DNA from: Pseudomonadota bacterium
GTDB lineage: Bacteria; Pseudomonadota; Gammaproteobacteria; Ga0077536
Direction of reading: 5' to 3'
Assembly: GCA_031418675.1 (NCBI GenBank)
Contig: JANOXY010000424.1
Span: 1 to 38,779, forward strand
Length of the DNA stretch: 38,779 bases
In this document: positions 28,973-38,393 of the stretch, piece by piece
Layout: each line of letters opens with the position of its first letter
Numbering within the stretch: position 1 is the stretch's first letter
Notes under the pieces: generated by a model
Databases searched by the model: none
The model's input: only the letters and a program-made list of their open reading frames with translations
What the model was told of the DNA's origin: nothing
Position numbers and translations under genes: made by a program

Positions 28973-29558
28973 GGCGCGCAAGGCGCAGCTCGAGGTGGCG
29001 TTTCACATCAGGCCACTCACTGGCGAGGATGCTGTACATGACACTGTCCCGTACGCTGCCGTCGCGGCGCAGCGCGTGGTGGCGCAATATGCCGTCACGT
29101 TTTGCACCCAGCGCTTCGATGGCGCGCTGGGAGCGCAGATTAAAGTTGTCCGTACGCAGCCCGACCACGGCGCAGCCCAGCGTCTCGAAGGCATGACCAA
29201 GCAAGAGCAATTTACACACCGTATTCACCTGACTGCGCTGCCAACGGGCGCCATACCAGGTATATCCGATCTCGACGCGGGACACGGCCGGCACGATATC
29301 GTGGTAGCGGGTGCTGCCGATGATCGCGCCACTGCGGCCGTCGCAAACCACCCATGGCAGCATATCTCCGGCCGCCTGGCCGGCCAATGCAGTGGCGATA
29401 TAGTCCATTACCTGCTCGGGAGTCGGCACCGAGGTATACCAGAGTTCCCAGAGTCGGCCGTCGCGGGCGGCGGCGGTAAGACCTGCGGCATGATCTTCTG
29501 TCAGGGGAACCAGGCGCAGATCACGCAGCTCGAACTCAACCGGAACTAAAGCTTTCAC
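28953..29558 (-). CDS. GNAT family N-acetyltransferase (RimJ/RimL-like)
   Basis: GTG start preceded by GAGGAG at 7 nt. Body LRLVPLTEDHA...RVEIGYTWYG...GHAFETLGCAVVGLRTDNFNLRSQRAIEALGA. Confidence 0.8.
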   Translation of the reverse strand: MKALVPVEFELRDLRLVPLTEDHAAGLTAAARDGRLWELWYTSVPTPEQVMDYIATALAGQAAGDMLPWVVCDGRSGAIIGSTRYHDIVPAVSRVEIGYTWYGARWQRSQVNTVCKLLLLGHAFETLGCAVVGLRTDNFNLRSQRAIEALGAKRDGILRHHALRRDGSVRDSVMYSILASEWPDVKRHLELRLARHDASGA

Positions 29559-29602
29559 GAATACGCTCCTCGTAACGCTGGCCGCACCCAGCGCCGCTCT
29601 TT

Positions 29603-30061
29603 TTATTGATAACGGCGACCCGCCAACTCCAGCCACCCACCAGGATGATGACCCGCCGGATCATGATGGGTCCAATGCAACACACCACCGCGTTCGTTCC
29701 AGACATATTCACCGGCAAAGCGCAGCGAATCACCGCTGCGTAGCGTGTCCAGACGGGGCGCGAGATCGATATTGTGTGCCACCAGCAGTGTGGCACCGGA
29801 CGCCAGCCGCAACAGAAAGCGCTGATGACGACTACCTCGTTGATCGTCGGGCAGTAGTTTGACCACCGTGCCCTCACCGTGGATGGCGACATTGCTCGCG
29901 TGGGCCGCAATAGCGGTCTCCACGCTGCGATCAGCGTTGCCGACAGCACTTGCCGTGGCCGAGTGCGTATGGGGAGAAAGGTGGTCCTGGCCAAAAAAAT
30001 AGGCCAATGCTATGAGGCCAGCGATGCTCAGCAAGCGGCTGCCGATATTCCTGGCTTTCAT
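29603..30061 (-). CDS. DUF3465 family protein
   Basis: 152 aa. N-terminal anchor, then GSRHQRFLLRLASGATLLVAHNIDLAPR...GEYVWNERGGVLHWTHHDPAGHHPGGW, which matches my recollection of DUF3465. Confidence 0.7.
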   Translation of the reverse strand: MKARNIGSRLLSIAGLIALAYFFGQDHLSPHTHSATASAVGNADRSVETAIAAHASNVAIHGEGTVVKLLPDDQRGSRHQRFLLRLASGATLLVAHNIDLAPRLDTLRSGDSLRFAGEYVWNERGGVLHWTHHDPAGHHPGGWLELAGRRYQ

Positions 30062-30239
30062 GGGTTAAAGATCCGACAAGCGCTATTCGAGGGCGATACC
30101 CGCCGCCTGCATAGCGGGCGGCAAGCGCTCCACGGTGCAGCGCTCTCACGCACAACGGCAAGCCCAACGCACGCGACACTGAGCTTGATGCAAGCGATTT
30201 CCGTCATAGCGCAACGCTACCCTCACCTTCCGACGCCAC

Positions 30240-30656
30240 TTAACTACGCAGGCGGGTAGCCTTGTCGCGGCTAGAAGCCATGCCCCGTGTGCCACCTACG
30301 CACCATAGAAACACTGCGGCGAACACCACATCGCCGCTTGCGAGCAACACCCCTATGCCACCGGCCGCTCCCAAGCGCCACAACAGTACGACCAGAACAA
30401 AGGCGCTGATTTTGCCGATCGCGCCGAAGATCACAAATGCGCGATCGACCACATCCTGCCCAGCAAGCCAAGCGTAGGCAGCGCCAAACAACAGCACAAA
30501 CAGTGCCGTCATAGCACGGTAAACAAGCGGCACTTCGGCTGGCAATCCCGCCAATTGGCCGGCGAACGAGGCGGGAAAGGCAAACAAGAAGGCGGCCAAC
30601 AGGTTGAAGCCGGCCGAGACCATAAGGGCGCGGCGCAATACCATCTGTCGATTCAT
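30240..30656 (-). CDS. Hypothetical integral membrane protein
   Basis: Start at MNRQMV. Four hydrophobic helices. No family recognised. Confidence 0.6.
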   Translation of the reverse strand: MNRQMVLRRALMVSAGFNLLAAFLFAFPASFAGQLAGLPAEVPLVYRAMTALFVLLFGAAYAWLAGQDVVDRAFVIFGAIGKISAFVLVVLLWRLGAAGGIGVLLASGDVVFAAVFLWCVGGTRGMASSRDKATRLRS

Positions 30657-30835
30657 AGGCACTCGGCCCTCCACGCGTTGACGAACTCGGCGCGCCAGCG
30701 CCTGTCACGAAAGTGAAGACGCGGCGCAAAGCCCGACAGGCGCGCAGACCATAACGCCCGCCGCCATCGCTGCCAAGTGCAAAACCCGCTCGCCGCACGG
30801 GACGTCAACGAAGCGGCGCTTGAAGTGCGGGCAGT

Positions 30836-31266
30836 TTAGTCGTTTGCGAGGATCCCGTTGCGCAGTAGGGCATAGATCTGACTCTGCCAACGCCGTCCAC
30901 GGCATACACCCTAGTGTCTGACCGCGGCGTGCAGGTGATGACACGTGCGATTGGGAAACAATCCCGAACACAGCGCCTGCGCGGCCAATGTCTGACCGAC
31001 CCAACCGATGTCGTCCTTTTCCCTTCGACAGTCAGTTGCACCATACGTCGCATAGCAAGAGGCTCAACGGGTCTGCCACGCCAGGCTAGCGCACCTGGCA
31101 GCAGCGCGTATTCCTGCAAGATTGAAGCGACTGTTTGCAGATAAAACGCGACGGACCTATCCAGCACCGCTGGATACTTATCGTAGACGGTCTTGGTAAC
31201 CTGCGGGTCTTGCACTTTGCCCTGCACCAATGCCGCGTAAAGATAGCTTTGATAGCGCAACCTGGG
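30836..31266 (-). pseudogene. 3' remnant of intracellular poly(3-hydroxybutyrate) depolymerase gene (PhaZ, TIGR01849-like): 5'-truncated, frameshifted, amber-interrupted
   Basis: The minus strand reads ...FYLQTVASILQEYALLPGALAWRGRPVEPLAMRRMVQLTVEGK, then a 1-nt shift at the A4 run (plus strand T4, 31017-31020), then DDIGWVGQTLAAQALCSGL...HHLHAAVRH-TAG-GVCRGRRWQSQIYALLRNGILAND-TAA. This follows the conserved PhaZ C-terminus as I remember it (EGE.DDI..GQT.AA..LC...GHYG.F.GRRW...IYP). Confidence 0.7.
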
Positions 31267-31294
31267 TTAGCGCCGCCGACTATCGGATCAGAAT

Positions 31295-31717
31295 TCAGTC
31301 GGGCAGACTCTGCATGAACTCCACAAGCTCCTCCCGCAGACCTTGCTCGGAGGTATCTGTCAGATTCTTCCGCGCCTCGCTGGCATAGCTAAAGGCAGCT
31401 TCCAAATCCCCCAGCTCGCGGTAGCGCTCCGCGATCGCAAGCTGAAGAGAAGCGCAGTATTCCGGCAGTTCGAGCTTCTCGACGAGGTCCAGCGCTTCTT
31501 GGTAAATATCGATCGCTTCTTCATCGATGAGCGTAAAGTCGCCGAGCGACTCCAGCAAAAACGGATGGGCTGTATTAGCTTTGCGCGCCTGCTCGCAAAG
31601 CTTCTCTAATTGCGAGTACTGATAGAAATAATCCTTGTCGTTGTCATTTTCCACCGCCGTGGTCAGCGCTGTCGCTAGCGATATAACATCTTCGTAGAGC
31701 TGTTGGTCAATTTTCAT
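31295..31717 (-). CDS. Hypothetical acidic all-helical (TPR-like) protein
   Basis: 140 aa from an ATG preceded by GAAGGTG. Asp/Glu-rich, helical-repeat-like. No family recognised. Confidence 0.55.
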   Translation of the reverse strand: MKIDQQLYEDVISLATALTTAVENDNDKDYFYQYSQLEKLCEQARKANTAHPFLLESLGDFTLIDEEAIDIYQEALDLVEKLELPEYCASLQLAIAERYRELGDLEAAFSYASEARKNLTDTSEQGLREELVEFMQSLPD

Positions 31718-32354
31718 TTCGGCACCTTCGCAGTGAGCGCCGTGGGCTGCTCGGTTATTCAAAGACGCAGGAGAGTTAGGGGCAAACTCCATAAGCTTGC
31801 GGCATGACCATTGACCTGCTGTCGGTTGTGGTGATCGGTGGAAGACGGCACTCCGTAGAGTGTTGTGGCCGCCCCCAGGTCGTCACCACCCGTCTAGCGA
31901 TCCCGTAAGTAGAAATTGGCAGCGCCGGGCCAGTTCTGCAAACGATTCCGATCACGACGCAGCACGATTAATGGTAACAACTAGGCTGAGAGAGAGCACC
32001 ACTGGGCCTACGGACCTATTGTCAAACCTCCCCCGGCGCGACGCCGACTTCCACGCTGAACCACGGATTGATTGCGCGTCGCTGGACTCATCTAGACTAG
32101 CCGGAATTGAGATTGCTTAGACCTAACAATCAACGCTAAATCGGGCGGCCTTCACTTCGACAGCTCCGCAACGACGAGCTCGCGTGCCCTTGCGAATCGA
32201 AATGGTGTTGTGGTGGCCTACAAAAGGTCGTACAAAAGCGGCTAGCACTTGGATAAAGGCTAGGTAAATTCATGGAAGAGGAAGCGAAGTTAAGCACGCT
32301 CTGCTGGTGTGCGGCAGTGGAGTCTATGGGTCGCAAGCCACGCCGCGAGCCGCA

Positions 32355-32735
32355 ATGCAACCGACACGGAAAATTCGCGGCGTGTTGAGCTCATCGCCTT
32401 GGTTCACTGTCGGAATGCTGGCCCTGTGCATGGTGGGGGCAGCCCTACTCTATATCGCAAAAGACAGCTGGACACGGAAGCTAGCTGTATGGGGATTCGT
32501 TCTGTACATCGGCCTGAGCACAGCTGGTCTCATCTATGCCAGTTCCAGACACGCTGGCGCTCCTGACGCTTTGCCTAGCGATGCACCTCAAGCCGAGTGC
32601 ACTGAATCCGCTCATCAGGTGATCGTCCGACTTTCGGTCTACAACTTCATATCAGCGACCTTTCTCGGACTGCTCGCTATACGGCGGTCGGACTCTAAGG
32701 GCCCACGACGACGAAGCACAGGTTCGGCGCATTAA
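32355..32735 (+). CDS. Hypothetical membrane protein
   Basis: Start at MQPTRKIRG. Three hydrophobic helices, basic C-terminal tail. Confidence 0.5.
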   Translation: MQPTRKIRGVLSSSPWFTVGMLALCMVGAALLYIAKDSWTRKLAVWGFVLYIGLSTAGLIYASSRHAGAPDALPSDAPQAECTESAHQVIVRLSVYNFISATFLGLLAIRRSDSKGPRRRSTGSAH

Positions 32736-32881
32736 TACCGAGTGACTGTTCCGTCGTGTGTTTGCGGCGTCAAATTGGGGCTGCAACATGCTGCTCCTGC
32801 CGGCCATCAGCAGACAGCTAGCTAAGCATTTCGTTTGGCCTCAAACCGCCGTTGGCGCCGAACGAACGCTGAACCAGTCTC

Positions 32882-33190
32882 ATGAGCGACGCGCTCTATA
32901 GCGATCTTTGGTTCCGGCCCTTCTATGTACCGCACGACCTTAGTCGGGAGGCAGGCGCCATCGCAATAGATCCCTCGCTGCCAAGTTCACGCTTGCTATG
33001 GGTGTTCGAGCATTGGACAGCCGACCGTCGATTGCGCGACGCGCTACGCGCCAACGATGATCCGGTATCAGATTGCTCGGAAGTTAAACGGCCAACTGCG
33101 TCATCGGATCGGATTCAAACCACCCAACGACGTATTTTTTGCTCGGCCCTATGGGTGTTGCACTTGACAGTGGGCTTCAAGCGCCGCTAA
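32882..33190 (+). CDS. Hypothetical protein (weak call)
   Basis: 102-aa ORF. The first ~60 residues are protein-like and the tail less so. No RBS or family evidence. Confidence 0.25.
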   Translation: MSDALYSDLWFRPFYVPHDLSREAGAIAIDPSLPSSRLLWVFEHWTADRRLRDALRANDDPVSDCSEVKRPTASSDRIQTTQRRIFCSALWVLHLTVGFKRR

Positions 33191-34017
33191 CCGTCACGCC
33201 TGGTAGCTTTAACGATTCGAGCGCTAAACAGCACGCGCCCCGCGAGAAAATGGGCAATCGGGTGGAGAACACGTAACGATAGGCGATCCGCTATCGCGAG
33301 TTTTTCGAACCGATCGGGAATTACCCGCGTGACGTAAAGGTTAAAATACTTTGTAAATAGCGGTCGCTCGATAGACATCATTATCTGTGCAAGGTCACGC
33401 TCATTGAGCTTTCTTTCATCTTCGGTGATGTACGGGCTGTCCGTTCCATAAATAATGCGTTGCAATTTTGGGTAGAGCACTTTTTCGACGAGAGTGGAGT
33501 GCCTGATCTTGTCGGCAATCGTGTGCGAGTAGATCTCATTAACCACGAACACCGCGCCAGGCTTAGCGACACGAACAATCTCTTGCATGGTTTTTGGAAT
33601 ATCGACGTGATGAAGGATATCCCTGGCGAGAATGTAGTCGAATGTGTTGTCGGCATATGCCATTCTCTCGGCCGGCATTTCGTCAAACGGTATTTCAAGT
33701 CTCTCACGAGATGCGAGTGCTCTTGCGATTTCAAGATGGCCGGGACTGAGGTCAAACGCATTTACTTTCGCCCCCAGCTTTGCGAGGCGCAGCGCATCAT
33801 CACCAAAGCCACAACCGACCACGAGTGCTCGTTTGTCTTTTAGCTCGCAGCTCACCAGATACGCGTACATAGCCCAATATGCATTCCACCACCGTCTCTC
33901 GGGACAATGCAGTACGTCCCAAGAGAACGGCGCGGATAGGATCGACCTGTGGAGCTTCGCGTGCTCTTGATGGTAGTCGAGTTCTCGTTGTTGTCGGTCG
34001 GTGAGTTCTGTATTCAA
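33187..34017 (-). CDS. Class I SAM-dependent methyltransferase
   Basis: Motif I ALVVGCGFGDDALRLAKLGAKVNAFD and post-I/II motifs. Start set at TTG 34017, preceded by AAGGGA. The longest ORF (TTG 34146) would translate through repeat copy A, so the start is uncertain. Confidence 0.75.
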   Translation of the reverse strand: MNTELTDRQQRELDYHQEHAKLHRSILSAPFSWDVLHCPERRWWNAYWAMYAYLVSCELKDKRALVVGCGFGDDALRLAKLGAKVNAFDLSPGHLEIARALASRERLEIPFDEMPAERMAYADNTFDYILARDILHHVDIPKTMQEIVRVAKPGAVFVVNEIYSHTIADKIRHSTLVEKVLYPKLQRIIYGTDSPYITEDERKLNERDLAQIMMSIERPLFTKYFNLYVTRVIPDRFEKLAIADRLSLRVLHPIAHFLAGRVLFSARIVKATRRDG

Positions 34018-34050
34018 GCTGGTTCCCTTGGTGTAAGAATTTTCGTGACG

Positions 34051-34120
34051 CCTAAGGCGCTTGAGAGTGGCGCTGGAGTGCACAGCGCGGAGGTGTCCGC
34101 TCAAATGGCTGGATGGGCGG
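34051..34120. repeat. Copy A of a ~70-nt intergenic repeat family
   Basis: cctaaggcgcttgagagtggcgctggaGTGCACAGCGCGGAGGTGTCCGCTCaaatggctggatgggcgg. The 25-nt core has 2 mismatches to copy B and 4 to copy C. Confidence 0.7.
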
Positions 34121-34238
34121 ATGTCGCTACCGATGCGTAGTGCCAAAATTCAGCCCGTCGCGACACATTCGGGATGCTAGACCGTTCCTCGGCATCCATC
34201 ACAAGTATGCTGCTACTTGTCTCACTTCCCGACTCGAC

Positions 34239-35483
34239 TTAGCGTGCAACGGCGAGCCCGAACAGGCTCTCAAAGTAGCCTTGCGTAAATACTTCATCAG
34301 GCGCGCGGTCTGGGCCCGCCATCCCTGCGACGACGTAACCATGAAATTTCTGGTCTCGCGCCATCCGGCCGAGCGCCCGCTCCCTCGCAGCAAGCGAGTC
34401 GGGGTCAAACCGGCCATACAATGCAGTAGCGTAACGTGTCTCCCATCGCAAACGACGCTGGCGTTCGCGGCGCTCGCTTACGTAGGGGGCAAATGTTTCC
34501 ATCGTCCACACGTTCGACGCGAGAAGCTGGTCGCGCACGATGCGGACATCTCGAAAGGTCGAGGATAGACCTTGCCCCCAGATCGGGTCCGAGTAGCCAG
34601 CGGCGTCTCCGATTAGTACGGCGCCCGAGACGCACGGTGTGTCCACCTTGGCATCCTGACTGGGAAACGCTCGACAGGGGCCGGCCGGGATTGCGTTGTG
34701 GAACGACCGACCGTCCTTAATGCTCTCGTGCATAAGGGCGCAAATAAGCCGCTTTGCCCCGCTCTCGCCTGTGTACTGGCCGCGCTGCGAGATATCGTAA
34801 TCAACATAGGCTCGAACGCGCCCTGAACCTTGCGGAAAGACGAAGTACGAGACCTCGCCCACTTTGCCGATCGCGATCGTGTCGTCGGGCCAATCGTATG
34901 CGTTATCGATCAGGAGGCCAGACATAAGGTGGTCGACCGGATCCTCGTCCAGCGTCAGACCAAGTTGCCGCCGAACCGTTGACGTTCGACCGTCTGCGCC
35001 AACGATGAGGCGAGTGGAGACCTCCGCCTCCCCTTCGGGCCCAAGATACCACACGTGCGGTGACGGACCAGCAGTGACCCGAACGTCAGTTACGCCACGC
35101 ACTATGTGCGCTCCACACACACGGGCATGATTAAGCAAGGTGTTCTGCATGACGACATGTTCCATGCATAGGGGCAAGGGCCAATTCGAAAAGAGCTCAG
35201 CAAAATTTACAGTTGCCGCCTCCGCAGCAGTTGGCGGGATGAATTCGTCGTAACCGACGAAACGCGCAATTGCGTTTGCGCCCGCGTCGACTAGAACCTG
35301 GTGCAGTCCGAGGCGTAGGCATTCCTGTGTGCCCCAGGGTGTTACCCATTCACCGCGGATACGGTCAACGAATATCATCTCCCGCTCAAGCACTATCACG
35401 TTGAGTCCGGCGGCCGCGAGATTCGCCCCTAGCGCGCAACCGCCCACGCCACCCCCTACGATCACAACGTCGCGACAATACAT
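34239..35483 (-). CDS. FAD-dependent monooxygenase/oxidoreductase
   Basis: 414 aa, ATG preceded by AAGGAG. DVVIVGGGVGGCALGANLAAAGLNVIVLE, GADGRTSTVR and GDAAGYSDPIWGQG motifs. Confidence 0.85.
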   Translation of the reverse strand: MYCRDVVIVGGGVGGCALGANLAAAGLNVIVLEREMIFVDRIRGEWVTPWGTQECLRLGLHQVLVDAGANAIARFVGYDEFIPPTAAEAATVNFAELFSNWPLPLCMEHVVMQNTLLNHARVCGAHIVRGVTDVRVTAGPSPHVWYLGPEGEAEVSTRLIVGADGRTSTVRRQLGLTLDEDPVDHLMSGLLIDNAYDWPDDTIAIGKVGEVSYFVFPQGSGRVRAYVDYDISQRGQYTGESGAKRLICALMHESIKDGRSFHNAIPAGPCRAFPSQDAKVDTPCVSGAVLIGDAAGYSDPIWGQGLSSTFRDVRIVRDQLLASNVWTMETFAPYVSERRERQRRLRWETRYATALYGRFDPDSLAARERALGRMARDQKFHGYVVAGMAGPDRAPDEVFTQGYFESLFGLAVAR

Positions 35484-35634
35484 TCCGATCTCCTTGACAG
35501 ATTTCGATGCAGGGACATCGCTTATATCTTCGTCGTGGTTTCGGCACAGTGCATGTTGAGCCTTTGCAGCTTTTTTTGTCGAGAGACAACGGTCTTAAAA
35601 TCTGCAGGCCCTGTGCCGGAACTGCACTAGTGCG

Positions 35635-35689
35635 CCTACCGCGCCGATGAGTGCCACCGAAGTGCGCAGCACGGAGGTGTCCGCTCCGT

Positions 35690-35700
<11 letters not shown>
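35635..35700. repeat. Copy B of the ~70-nt repeat family (its distal end diverges next to the IS110 remnant)
   Basis: cctaccgcgccgatgagtgccaccgaaGTGCGCAGCACGGAGGTGTCCGCTCcgttggcttgtatg. Confidence 0.7.
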
Positions 35701-36700
<1,000 letters not shown>

Positions 36701-36917
36701 GGATGGTTGCGAGTATTGCCTAACTGTAGGTTCGCAACTCACGAACGCCTAGTAGGGACGGTCGCGTTCCAGCAGGTGGATGTGAGACGAGCATTCAAAG
36801 CGGACATTGCGGCGCCAAACCGTTCGCAAAGAATCACATTTTCTCCGTATACGGGGAGGGGTTTCGTAGCAATCGCTTGTTACCATCCAATCGTCTAAAC
36901 CAAAGGAAGGCGTTGAC

Positions 36918-37601
36918 ATGACCACCCCCAGATCCATCGCATTGTCCGTGGCACTTACTTTTGCCATCCTCAGCGGTGCCCAAGCGCAGTTGATATTTGA
37001 CCCCGCACTTGATTTTTCATTTATAAACAACCCGAACAGCCCATGGACCTTTGGCTACAAGACCGAGCTAGGCGGCAACGTTACGACCTACACGGACAAC
37101 ACCACCATCAACGACGTGCAGTACTAGCGTTTCGACCTCGGCTTTAGCACGCCTAATGTTGCGCCAAACCCAACTGCGACTGATATCACGTTCAATTCGA
37201 CTACTTGGCATCCCGGCGAGATTACGCTTCATCCCGGTCCGGGCGGAGAGCTGAGCGTTGTTTGTTTTACGACGGACAAGGCAGGGAGTTACAAGCTCAG
37301 CTCTCAGTTCAACATGCGCAGCTTTGGGGGAACAGCTTCCACGGACTTGCACGTCTTGCTTAACAACGTTTCGCAATTCGATTCCATCGTAACTGGATTT
37401 AATTCGCAGGAGTCGTTCAGCGGCGTTTTGTCGCTGGCCGCGGGTGACAAACTCGATTTCGTTGTGGGCGAAAACGGCAGCTTCTTTGGCGATACAACGG
37501 AGCTTCGAGCGACTCTTGAGCCAGTACCTCTTCCGGCTGCTGTTTGGTTCCTCGCCACTGCACTCGCTGGCCTGGGCAAGGTGCGCCGGCGCGTCGCCTA
37601 A
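36918..37601 (+). pseudogene. Secreted VPLPA-CTERM (PEP-CTERM-like) sorting-domain protein gene with one in-frame TAG (37125-37127)
   Basis: ATG preceded by AAAGGAAGG. Signal peptide MTTPRSIALSVALTFAILSGAQA. I translated 37083-37320 by hand: no stop apart from the TAG. C-terminus EPVPLPAAVWFLATALAGLGKVRRRVA. Confidence 0.75.
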
Positions 37602-37621
37602 TCTGCAAATAGGGCCGTCAT

Positions 37622-37649
37622 CAATGACCCGCTTTCGGGCGGTTCATTG
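37622..37649 (+). terminator. Candidate hairpin downstream of the VPLPA-CTERM gene
   Basis: caatgacccgc / gcggttcattg form an 11-bp stem with one mismatch and loop tttcgg, starting about 20 nt after the stop. There is no U-tract, so terminator function is uncertain. Confidence 0.3.
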
Positions 37650-37781
37650 GTGGGCAGTAACTTCCCGGCTTGCGGAAAACGCGAACTGCTACTTCATCGC
37701 AACCGAATAATATTCTTGTGTGTCGCATTTTGGGCCGGAATCGACCGTCTGAAGCTGTCCGTTGGTTGGCGTCTAGGGCCG

Positions 37782-37850
37782 CCTAACGCGGCGGTGAGAG
37801 GCGCCGGGGTGTGCAGCACGGAGGTGTGCGCTCCATCGGCTGGTTGGGCC
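37782..37850. repeat. Copy C of the ~70-nt repeat family
   Basis: cctaacgcggcggtgagaggcgccgggGTGTGCAGCACGGAGGTGTGCGCTCcatcggctggttgggcc. It ends immediately before the stop codon of the minus-strand gene 37851..38393. Confidence 0.7.
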
Positions 37851-38393
37851 TCACTTCTCTGTGTTCGCGGATGTATTCGGGCCACTGGCTACTCCAGCCC
37901 TCCAGTCCGCGACCAGATCGATTGCCGGGCCTCCGGTCGCGTTTTCAATCATGCTGTCGGCGAGTGCGACGAAGCCATGATCAAGCGCACCTCGTAGCGC
38001 GTTGTAGGTGGAGCGGAATCCCGGTGCGCGCAGAAGTCCATCGAGCGTTCGCTGAGTTGTGTTCCATCGTTCCGTGGCTATCATGCCGTCTTGCCATTGG
38101 CGATACATTTCTTCTAAGAATCGGATGAGCGTCACCACGAAGAAATAGAATCGATAAACCTGATCGTCCGTCAGTTCAGTGCTCCCAGCGAACCCCGCTC
38201 GCGCGAGTTTCGCAAATTCTGGATCTGTAAGCATCAGCATGTGGTCCAAGAACTGTTCGTTGCGGGATTGATGCATTTGAGCAACTTGGTTCTTTCCGTT
38301 TTGCCGCGTTTGCTTACCGAGATAGATTACGGACAGGACCAAAACGATTGTCGAAGCGATTTGGCTTAAGAAATATATTTGTTCAAGCGTCAC
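37851..38393 (-). CDS. Hypothetical N-terminally membrane-anchored protein
   Basis: 180 aa, GTG start preceded by GAGAGGG. TM helix IYFLSQIASTIVLVLSVIYL followed by a helical soluble domain. No family recognised. Confidence 0.55.
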   Translation of the reverse strand: MTLEQIYFLSQIASTIVLVLSVIYLGKQTRQNGKNQVAQMHQSRNEQFLDHMLMLTDPEFAKLARAGFAGSTELTDDQVYRFYFFVVTLIRFLEEMYRQWQDGMIATERWNTTQRTLDGLLRAPGFRSTYNALRGALDHGFVALADSMIENATGGPAIDLVADWRAGVASGPNTSANTEK

